Shown here piece by piece: positions 41,432-52,996 of a stretch of DNA of 64,000 nt. The notes beneath the pieces are model-generated. The model made no database searches. It saw nothing but the letters and a program-made list of their open reading frames with translations, and was not told the origin of the DNA. The first letter of the stretch is position 1. The number at the start of each line of letters is the position of its first letter. Position numbers and translations under genes: made by a program. Source of the DNA: Octopus sinensis. Taxonomy: Eukaryota. The stretch spans positions 93,620,001 through 93,684,000 of the forward strand of contig NC_043001.1 of NCBI RefSeq assembly GCF_006345805.1, read 5' to 3'.

Positions 41432-41645
41432 CAAGACAGCGTCCTTGCAGAATCGTTAGCTCGTCTGGCAAAATACTTATTGATATTTCGTCTGCCGCTA
41501 CGTTTCTGAGTTCAAATCCCACAAAGGTCGACTTTACCTTTCATCCTTTTGAAGTCGATGAAATAGGTACCAGTTATGCACTGGGGTCGATGTAATCGAC
41601 TAGTCCCCTTCCTCCAAAATTTCAAGGCCGTGTGCCTAGAGTAGA
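41432..41645 (+). mobile_element. SINE family B followed by (TAA)n
   Basis: gcagaatcgttagc...gttctgagttcaaatccc...gtcgactttacctttcatcc...gtaccagttatgcactggggtcgatg. Confidence 0.8.
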
Positions 41646-41678
<33 letters not shown>

Positions 41679-41711
41679 TATTATAATAATTATTATTATT
41701 ATTAATATAGT

Positions 41712-41935
41712 AAGGCGGTGAGCTGGTAGAATCGTTTGCAGGCCAGGGAAAATACTCTGCGGCATTTATTCCCTCCTTACATAATGAGTTAATACTTAGT
41801 TCAAATTCCATCGAGTTCGACATTGCCTTTCATCCTTTTCGGGGATGATAAAGTAAGTACCAATGGAGCACTGGGGTCCATATAATTGACTTATCCCTCC
41901 CCTTCAATTTCAGGCCATGTGAATATAATAGATAG
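41712..41935 (+). mobile_element. SINE family B
   Basis: aaggcggtgagctggtagaatcg...gttcaaattcc...gcctttcatccttttcgggg. Confidence 0.8.
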
Positions 41936-41976
41936 AATTATAATCGTCATTATTGGTGTTCTTCATATCATTATTA

Positions 41977-42017
<41 letters not shown>

Positions 42018-42036
42018 TATTATTATTATTATTATT

Positions 42037-42290
42037 CTGTTTGACTTTTGCTTTACATTTGCACAAGCTGGCTCCAAGTCTCACCCAGAGATCTCAAGGG
42101 ACAACAAGTTGGAAGTTCATGTTGGTGTTATGCCTAGGGTGCCATATATTTGGTTTTGTACTTAGTGTTGTACTAGTGAATGTCTAAAAAACCATACGAA
42201 ACTTATGTTTGTTTTAAAACTTGAGATTACATAGAAAGTATTTTGCGTAGGATATGAGCAGTTCACATGATCACTATCTTTTGAATTTTA
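42037..42290 (-). mobile_element. R4/Dong-like 3'-end copy (~250 bp), 5'-truncated, within (TAA)n
   Basis: Closely similar to ~40376-40620 (tttgacttttgcttt...ggctccaagtctcacccagaga...tgcctagggtg); (ATT)n on both flanks. Confidence 0.9.
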
Positions 42291-42292
42291 TA

Positions 42293-42329
<37 letters not shown>

Positions 42330-42861
42330 TCATTTGTCGATATTGTTATGCATTTTTTACTGTGACATTAGATTGTTGGCTGACTTGGGTATCATTCACA
42401 AGGACCTGTATACACAATTTGGTATGACAATACTTATAATGTAGATTCAAGCACAAAACACACACACACATGCACACACGTATGTAAGCGCTTCTCTAGT
42501 ACTGCTTTTTTCCTTTTATTTCTCTTCTGGATGAATAACACTAGAATTCAACAAGTGATGTATGCTTTGAAATAAGCAGTGGAATTAATAATAGAGATTC
42601 AGTTTCTTCGTTGGAAGCCTGAAAAATGGCCTAAATCAAGAGGGAAAGACCCAACTTGTCAGCCGCTAGTAACTAAGGGATTTGCTAGAAATAATGATTA
42701 ATGCTCTCCCAAGTTGTGAGACAGAAAGACAAACTAGATAACATAGCTGTGACTTGATTATTTATGAAAATAAACTAAGATGGTTTATGGATGCAGTGAT
42801 ACTGTTCATAGTGTATCCCAGTCAGGAACGAATTAGACAGCTAAGCAATAACTATTATCCC

Positions 42862-42954
42862 CAACACCACCACCACTACTACTACTACTACCACGACCAC
42901 CACCTCTACTACTACCACCACCACGACCTCTACTACTACCACCACCACAACCTC

Positions 42955-42990
<36 letters not shown>

Positions 42991-43001
42991 CACCACAACC
43001 T

Positions 43002-43041
<40 letters not shown>

Positions 43042-43052
43042 CACCACAACCT

Positions 43053-43134
<82 letters not shown>

Positions 43135-43160
43135 CACCACCACCACCACCACCACAATTG
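42862..43160. repeat. (CAC)/(TAC) compound microsatellite with higher-order unit caccaccacaacctctactactac
   Basis: Directly visible. Confidence 0.95.
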
Positions 43161-43443
43161 CAACCATCACGACAGCGCTTAAAATACCACTTTAAAATTA
43201 TCACATGAGTAAAAATCTGCACATCCATTGTTATTCCGTGTTGGTATATATAAATCTTTATTAAAGGCGAATGAATAAAAATATAAAATTTCATACATTA
43301 TTTTTAATATTGCTTCCATTAGCCGTATTACGTTTTCTATACCGACACACTGACAGCAACTTACACGCACACACACAAACATGCACACACACACACATAC
43401 ATACATATATAATTATCCACAGCTATACATGTATGAATGATTC

Positions 43444-43500
<57 letters not shown>

Positions 43501-43544
43501 ATATACATATCTATAAGACATTATGCGCATATAAATGCGTGTGG

Positions 43545-43590
<46 letters not shown>

Positions 43591-43767
43591 ATAATAGATA
43601 TATGTTATACATAATATATATATATATCTATAATATGATATATTATGTATATATATATATTATGCATATATAATTTATGTATATATATAATTATTAAAAA
43701 TTAATTTGTGTGTATTTACACACACACACACATATATATATATATTAATACATCTATATGAATATGA

Positions 43768-43799
<32 letters not shown>

Positions 43800-44244
43800 G
43801 CACACACGCACACACGCAGACACACATACACACCAACACATGTATGGCTAGATATGTATTAATATAAAGTATATAATACAGATATATAGTAACAACTCAA
43901 AAAATATTCCGTGCACTATATACGTATGCGAGTATTGATTTATTCTAGTGAAACATATATCATGAATGTCTTAGTATAAAAGTATAGAATATATACTTTA
44001 CTTCAAAATATTAATCTTGTGTATTTTTGTATTAAACCAGACGCAATATCAACACAAGCGAATTTCAATTTCAAGACACAACACAAAAGTTTCAATCTCT
44101 CCAATTCCCAAATTTTGCACCAAATAAAATTATTGAAAGCAAAAACCAATTAAAGTGGATTTTATTAAACACACATAGAGACTTATATTCATATGTGAGT
44201 GTGTGGTGAGGTGTATGTGCGCGCATATATACATAAGCATATGC

Positions 44245-44294
<50 letters not shown>

Positions 44295-44760
44295 AACTGC
44301 TTTTCCGTGGTACTATTATGATTATATCCTCAATTAAATTTTTTCCTGCTTTAATTTCTATATTTCTATTTGTTTTATATTTTGTGTGTTTATATTTTTT
44401 CAAGTAATTTTAATTCGATTTATTCAATTTATTTACTAACAATGAATTACAACTTATTTTGAATTGCACTCCTTACAACATTCATATTACTTCATGCAAA
44501 TAAGAAGTGAACATATTTTTTCCGAATTTTTGATGCTGGCTCGGCAAAGTGAATTATCTGCTACATGCCTTATTTATTGCCTAATTGAACACGGATAGTA
44601 CTGTTATATACATTAAAAAGTTTTGTATTACCTTGTACCTGTACATTGATTAGAGGGGTAATACATATACAGACTTCCAAGATACATGTTTACAGAGTTG
44701 TCCATCCATCTATCCATCCATTCATCTATAATGCATACATACACACATGTAGAATTATAT

Positions 44761-44818
<58 letters not shown>

Positions 44819-45531
44819 TATGTATATATATATATATATAATATATATACAAACACATATATATATAAGGCTTATTACTGAGCAGTTCCACATGCTGGAA
44901 GATCCCAAATAGCTCTAAAACTACTACATTTATCTCATAGATATGGACTAATAGCGAGGAATATTTGGCGTCTTCTTATATATATTTATACACACACACA
45001 CACACAACACACACACACACACATATCTATTATACACATTTTTTTAGTATCAGCTCAGAGCTGAAAACATGTATATATATTATATCTATATTATATATAT
45101 CTTTATGTATATATATATCTATATATGTATATATAATATCTATATATATATATATATCTATATATGTATATATATATATATTATAGTATATATATATATA
45201 TATATACACATTTTTTTAGTTTCAGCTCAGAGCTGAAAACATGTATATATATATACTATATATGTATATATCTTTATGTATATATATATCTATATATGTA
45301 TATATATATCTCATATATATAGTATATATCTATATATGTAATATATGTATCTATCTATCTATATATATCTATATATGTATATATATATGTATATATATAT
45401 TATATATATATATGTATATATATAGGTATATATGTATATATATATATCTATATATGTATATTATATATATCTATATTATATATATATCTACTATATATGT
45501 ATATATATATATCTATATATGTATATATCTA

Positions 45532-45562
<31 letters not shown>

Positions 45563-45685
45563 TGTATATCTATATATATGTGATTATATACATAAGTATG
45601 TGTACATTCTTTCATCTCTACGTATATATATATATATGCAATATATATATATATATATATATATATTAATTATATATATATAAAG

Positions 45686-45716
<31 letters not shown>

Positions 45717-46442
45717 ATATATATGTATGTAAGGCGGCTAGCAAAGTTGGGAAATCTCCTTAAGTGATAAAATTAGTATCTATACTGAGAAATAATGTTG
45801 GGCCAGCAGGAAGTGTCCCTTCAGCTACTTATCGATGAAAGCTTGCAAGAAGGGTTGCAAACCTTACATTTTCTAGTGCACACGTGTGGGATCACTGTTT
45901 CGAGCTGTTTGAAAGTGTCCCTCAGCTACTTATCGATGAAAGCTGCAAGAAGGGTTGCAAACCCTTACCATTTTCTAGCACACGGTGGATACCACTGGTG
46001 TAAGAATGTAGCCATAATAACTATGTTAATGTGCCCATAATTATCTCCCAGTAGTTACGACGTTCACCTCTTATAGAGATTTCATTTCGATCTTACTTAA
46101 CTCCTGGCAAGATCAGTGACTTACTGTCACTTGGGTTCTAACTATACTTGTGAGATCTGCGTATTTCTGGTATCTCTAGAGGCCGGGTGTTCACCATTGA
46201 CACGGTGGGTATAACCCCAAACTGTTTTGCCTGATAGTCCTATCGTCTGCGAGAAGGTAGGGTTTGCTCCCATGCTTGTAATATATGCTAGGTAAAGAGT
46301 GCATCAATAACCTGCTGCAGGAGGTTTTCTTCCTGGGGTTAAAAAGAGTAGTAACTTCGAACAACCATATTGAATTTCCGATAACTTATAATATATATAT
46401 ATATTATATATATATATATTATATATACATTCGTTATATATA

Positions 46443-46735
46443 TTTGTTCTATATCTCATAGCCATGCCTGGCTTATATGGCCGGTTTCCCGGTTTCCTTG
46501 GCGTATAGGTTTACCACCTGGACGGGACGCCTGTCCGTCGCAGATGAGCTACAAGGTGCAGGAGGAAAGTGTGAGAGAAAGTTGAGGCAAAAGAGTCAGT
46601 AGAATTTTGCCATTATCCTCTGGCCGGAGCCGAGTGAGCTCAGGTATTTCGCTCATAAGCACGCACATCTGAGTTCGAACCTGCGATGCTTCGATCGCAA
46701 GTACGCTGCTCTACACCACTAGGCCACGTTCCACC
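46443..46735 (-). mobile_element. SINE family C (copy 1 of 3 in the duplication)
   Basis: Minus-strand head tggcctagtgg...ggttcgaactc; 3' domain tgcgacggacaggcgtcccgtccagg, resembling a V-SINE-type domain (inference). Confidence 0.85.
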
Positions 46736-46855
46736 TACACGCACGCACCGCACGCACACACACACACACACACATATATATACACACACATTATAGGCAC
46801 ATATATAGTAATAATTATATATATGTGTTCGTATATATATATATATATATATCAT

Positions 46856-46901
<46 letters not shown>

Positions 46902-47095
46902 TATAGGCATATATACATATAATAAATATATGTTCGTACACACACACACCACACCACATATATATAATATACACATTTTTTTAGTATCACTCAGAGCTGA
47001 AAACATGTATATATATATATCTATATATGTATATATCTTTATGTATATATATATCTATATATGTATATATATATCTATATATATATATATATCTA

Positions 47096-47146
<51 letters not shown>

Positions 47147-47314
47147 TTTTTTTAGTTTCAGCTCAGAGCTGAAAACATGTTATATATATATCTATATATG
47201 TATATATCTTTATGTATATTATATCTATATATATGTATATATATATCTATATATATATTATATCTATATATGTATATATATGTATCTATCTATCTATATA
47301 TATATCTATATATG

Positions 47315-47359
<45 letters not shown>

Positions 47360-47467
47360 GGTATATATGTATTATATATATCTATATATGTATTATATAT
47401 ATCTATATATGTATATATATAGCTTATATGTATATATATATCTATATATGTATATATCTATATATGT

Positions 47468-47506
<39 letters not shown>

Positions 47507-47568
47507 TGTGATTATATACATAAGTATGTGTACATTCTTTCATCTCTACGTATATATATATATATGCA

Positions 47569-47613
<45 letters not shown>

Positions 47614-48262
47614 CTATATTATATATATATATATATAATGTATAATATATATGTATGGAAGCAGGCTAGCAAAGTTGGAAATCTCCTTAAGTGATAAAAT
47701 TAGTATCTATACTGAGAAATAATGTTTGCCAGCAGGAAGTGTCCCTTCAGCTACTTATCGATGAAAGCTGCAAGAAGGGTTGCAAACCCTTACCATTTTC
47801 TAGCACACGGTGGAGAACACTGGTGTTAAGAATGGTAGTAACATCTAATAACTATGTTAATGTGCCCATAAACATTATCTCCCAGTATAGTTACGACGTT
47901 CACCTCTTATAGAGATTTCATTTCGATCTTACTTAACTCCTTGCAAGATCAGTGACTTACTGTCACTTGGGGTTCTATACCTTGTGAGATCTTGCGTATT
48001 TCTGGTATCTCTAGAGGCCGGGTGTTCACCATTGACGGTGGGTATAACCCCAAACTGTTTTGCCTGATAGTCCTATCGTCTGCGAGAAGGTAGGGTTTGC
48101 TCCCATGCTTGTAATATATGCTAGGTAAAGAGTGCATCAATAACCTGCTGCAGGAGGTTCTTCCTGGGGTTAAAAAGAGTAGTAACTCGAACAACCATAT
48201 TGAATTTCCGATTAACATTATAATATATATATATTATATATATATATTATATATATATACAT

Positions 48263-48555
48263 TCGTTTTGTTTGTTCTATCTCATGCCATGCCTGGCTTA
48301 TATGGCCGGTTTCCCGGTTTCCTTGGCGTAAGGTTTACCACCTGGACGGGACGCCTGTCCGTCGCAGATGAGCACACAGGTGCAGAGGAAGTGTGAGAGA
48401 AAGTTGAGGCAAAAGAGTCATAGAATTTTGCCATTATCCTCTGCCGGAGCCGAGTGGAGCTCAGGTATTTCGCTCATAAGCACGCACATCTGAGATTCGA
48501 ACCTGCGATGCTTCGATCGCAAGTACGCTGCTCTAACCACTAGGCCACGTTCCTA
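48263..48555 (-). mobile_element. SINE family C (copy 2)
   Basis: Near-identical to 46443-46735. Confidence 0.85.
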
Positions 48556-48697
48556 CACGCACGCACGCACGCACACACACACAACACACATATATATACA
48601 CACACAGATATAGGCACATATATATAATAATTATATATATGTGTTCGATATATATATAATATATATATATATATATAGATATATATATATATATACA

Positions 48698-48993
48698 TTC
48701 GTTTTGTTTGTTCTATCTCTGCCATGCCTGGCTTATATGGCCGGTTTCCCGGTTTCCTTGGCGTAAGGTTTACCACCTGGACGGGACGCCTGTCCGTCGC
48801 AGATGAGCTACAAGGTGCAGGAGGAAAGTGTGAGAGAAAGTTGAGGCAAAAGAGTCAGTAGAATTTTGCCATTATCCTCTGCCGGAGCCGAGTGGAGCTC
48901 AGGTATTTCGCTCATAAGCACGCACATCTGAGATTCGAACCTGCGATGCTTCGATCGCAAGTACGCTGCTCTAACCACTAGGCCACGTTCCTA
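48698..48993 (-). mobile_element. SINE family C (copy 3)
   Basis: Near-identical to 48263-48555. Confidence 0.85.
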
Positions 48994-49081
48994 CACGCAC
49001 GCACGCACGCACACACACACACACACATATATATACACACACAGATATAGGCACATATATAAATATTATATATATGTTTTC

Positions 49082-49128
<47 letters not shown>

Positions 49129-49774
49129 CTATATATATATATATACAGATATAGGCATATATACATATAATAAATATATGTTCGTACCCACACACACACA
49201 CAACACACCACAACACACATACATAAATATATATATATACTATATATTATATATATATTATATAGGAACGCATATATGTATAAATTATATCCAATGTATA
49301 TGTTTTTGTGTATGCTAATGTTTGGTTACGTCTATATATGTCTAACAATTTATATTTCAAAGAACAGAAAATTAAGATATTAAAATATTAACATATTGGT
49401 TTCCAGATATACGAAAATGTAATTATTTATTTATTAATAATTATATAAAAATAAGTAAAGCATCGACTTCCATGACCGTGAGAGAGGTATAGAAATATAG
49501 CAAAATTGTTTTTAGGATGCACATTAAAAGCTTGCTTCCAATACACTAAGCAGAGGCAGGGAGATTTACGTTTTCTACTACAAGCTAACAACTATTTTGC
49601 TCGTCATCATCGTAGTCGTCTGTTTCGCCCTCCTCCTCCTCCCCCTCCCCTTCCACTTCATTTTCTCCTTCTTCCTTGTCCTCCTCCCCTTCTTCTCCTG
49701 TTTCTTCTCTTCCTCCTTATAAAACAAATATAATTTCTTAAAATTTTGGCAACGCACCAGCAATGCACCAATGT

Positions 49775-50705
49775 TAGCGGTTCTATAAAAAGATTACAAC
49801 GACCCCAGCGCTCATATGGCATTTGCTTTATCAACCCCGAAATGATGAAAGGCAGAGTTGACATTGGGGTATTTTGTAGAGACGGAAAAAAACTGCCAGT
49901 AAGCATTTTGTTTGACATAGTAATGAATCTACCAGTTCGCTCTCTAGAAATGTTTTAGAAGGTGCTAGTTGATTACAACGAGTCCAATGCTTAAGTATCA
50001 GTTATTCCCCGAAACCAAGGTGAACTGTAACGGGATTTGAACTCAGGCGTAAAGATCGAACAGAAATGCTGCAAACTTTTTCTGCAATGTGCTAATGATT
50101 GGGTCAGTTCATCGTCTTAGTAATAATAATAATAATCTTTTTTACTATAGGCACAGAACCTGATATTTTGTGGGTAAGGGTGTAGTCGATTAAACAGAAC
50201 CCAGTGTTTCACAGGTACTTAATTTATAGACGCTGAACGGATGAAAGGCAAAGTCAACATCGATGGAATTTGAATTCAGAACGTAATGACGGGAGAAATA
50301 CCTATTTCTTTATTACCCACAAGAGGCTAAACACGGAGAGGACAGACAAGGACAGACAAACGGATTAAGTCGATTATATCGATCCCAGTGCGTAACTGGT
50401 ACTAATTTAATCGATCTCGAAAGGATGAACGGCAGAGTTAACAACGTCGGTATTTGAATTTATGTGGCAACGGAAGAAATACCTATTTCTTTACTACCCA
50501 CAAGGAGCTAAACATAGAGGGGACAAAGAAGGACAGACAAACGGATTAAGTCGATTACATCGACCCCAGAGCGTAACTGGTACTTAATTTATCGTCCTCG
50601 AAAGGATGAAACGCAGTCAACCTCGGCGGAATGTGAACACAGAAAATAAAGACACGAAATACCGCTAAGCATTTCGCCCGGAGTGCTAACGATTCTGCCA
50701 GCTCT
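49775..50705 (-). mobile_element. Head-to-tail cluster of SINE family B units (one head with three bodies, plus two older copies)
   Basis: Repeated gatgaaa...gaatttgaa...agaaatacctatttcttta-tacccacaa...ggattaagtcgatta units at ~50130-50300, ~50300-50490 and ~50490-50660; head tgccagctc at ~50700. Confidence 0.85.
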
Positions 50706-52814
50706 CTCATGCATGGCCTCTTATCATGTTGATAAATTAAGAACTTGATTGGATGTAAATTTAATTGATTATAGAATGCAAATTGGGCCAATGTGGGCTT
50801 AGAACGCGGGTCATATATCTCTGTTACAAATATAACAGAACTCTGTATCCTACTTCCTAACGATTCTATTCTTCAAATGGATATTGCAGAAGCTGGCGAT
50901 TTTCAAGCCGAAATGGAATATTGCGAACATTTGACATCTGCTATAATTTAATCGAAAGTTATCAAAATTATTCGGATTTTAACCACAGCCATACGAGTAT
51001 ATGATTTTGGATATTAATATACACTACAAGATAGTAGGATTATGAAAATGCTAATTAATGAACATCCTGGATATACTTAAATTTTCTGTTAAGCGAAACA
51101 TTATTCCTAGTGTGAATCTACCATTATTACTCTCTAGTGAGAGGTTCCAATATATTAATAGATTTGTTAAAATGATTTTGAGTTCAAGAATGGCAATTCC
51201 ATCAAGTTATTATTAAGATTCACATTTGCTAGAAAGTACTTGTTATATAGGAGAAATATTGGAACTTTGCATTTAATATTGAATTTAATATGATATTGAA
51301 TGATGTCAAAGATTAGAAATAGTAAGTTGCTTGTGAAAGCAATAATGATAAATTAGAAAACGGAATGGTATAAATAAGTGTTAATGATGCTTGCAAAATC
51401 AACAATTACATCACAACCAGCAACACCCTCTACAGCTGTCATAATTTCGAGCATGTCCATCAGGTGACACATTAGAGAGCAGGGTGTGACATATCAACAT
51501 ATATTATCGAAATATCAGAAATATATCGTAAATACTTAAGGTGATATTCGAACTGTATTCTATTTTTTGGAGTAATTCTAAGAATTATAAACGGTGTTTG
51601 CATTCGAAATCATTTCCTTCACTTTTTGTTTGAAGATTTTTTCACTTATTTAAAAGTTTGTTCATATATTTAAAAGAAGTAAAGTAAATTTTGAGGCTGA
51701 AACATGTTACATAGTCTGCGTCTTTGAGGCATTTTACTGATGTAATCTCATTTCTTCGTTTCCTTCACATCACGAGACGAAGTTTTATTTCAAATGGAAA
51801 ATTGAAAATACTTTCGAAAGAAATAATAATACAGAAATTCTCTCAGCATATAATTGTATAGAAAATTGTGCAACAATGCACCATGTATTTTTCAATTGCC
51901 TTTAAATCAATTATATGACTCCATAAGTATTGTTTTCAAACGAGATATTAGTTTAGGAATAAGCTTAAACCAGATGCTCGAGTTTTCACAAATGTTACAT
52001 AAATAAAGATGGTGATATATTAACAAATACAAATAATTACTACTGGCTGCAGCTTAGAAATGCCTATAATCTCAAGAGAGGTGTCCAGCAAATTTAGCAA
52101 CGCATTCAAATTTTGTTTGAGTCGATAGAAAACTACTTCAGTAACGGTAATCATCTGATTTTTTTCTAAGGTAAATGGAAACAAGAGGCTAGATTTAGTT
52201 ATTTCAAAATTCTTCTCATCTGCTTTTAAATGGCTTTTGGATACTGTATTCAATAACTGAAATGTAATACAAAAATGAAGAAATACATAAATTCATTCAG
52301 TATTTATTCATTTTTATATGGAAATAAAACCAAAAATCAATTATAATACATTCAGGTGTCTTATATTGTGAGAAGCAATTTGTAATATGGAGTACAGATA
52401 TTTTTACGTATTGTTTCATAGGAGTATTCATATCGAAATGCCAAGCATTATTTGGTGGGTAACGATAAACTGTATCCGCGAAATACGAGAACAAATGTCT
52501 TATAGGTCAATTTACATTGCAGATTGTAAAACTTTAGGACTCTCACGACATATTTACATCTATCTAAAGAAGTTCATATAATTTATTTCCACAATTATGT
52601 TTCTTTTCTGGACATAAAGAGCTAGGTATGATATCAACGGAAAAAAGAATTTGTCGGTATTAATAAAATTGGCTTGGTAAGACTGACGTGTCAGTCTCCT
52701 ATAGTCACTACACCCTCCACCACCCTCAACTAGCTCTACAAAACTTTTAGCGTTCCAATAAATAATGAATGAATTCAAAATACGACGCTGATTGTCTGTT
52801 GGTATGTGTGTGTG

Positions 52815-52996
52815 TTCGTCTGCCGCTACGTTCTGAGTTCAAATTCCGCCGAGGTCGACTTTCCTTTCATCCTTCCGGGGTCGATTAAATAAGTAGCAGT
52901 TACGCACTGGGGTCGATATAATGGACTTAATCCGTTTGTCTGTCTTTGTTTGTCCATCTGTGTTTAGCCCCTTGTGGGTCGTAAAGAAATAGGTAT
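52815..52996 (+). mobile_element. SINE family B, 5'-truncated
   Basis: cgttctgagttcaaattccgccgaggtcgactttcctttcatccttccggggtcg...ttagccccttgtgggtcgtaaagaaatagg. Confidence 0.85.

Larger units (their letters stand above)
44990..49220. repeat. Tandem duplication, period ~1.93 kb, plus an extra ~0.44-kb sub-duplication
   Basis: Paired markers at about 45039/46977, 45211/47148, 45592/47521, 45736/47664; SINE C occurs three times; copies differ mainly by 1-2-nt indels. Confidence 0.9.

Noticed and set aside
49600-49725. Pyrimidine tract encoding an E/K/R-rich peptide on the minus strand
   Set aside because: Low-complexity (CT-rich) sequence, not a supported exon.
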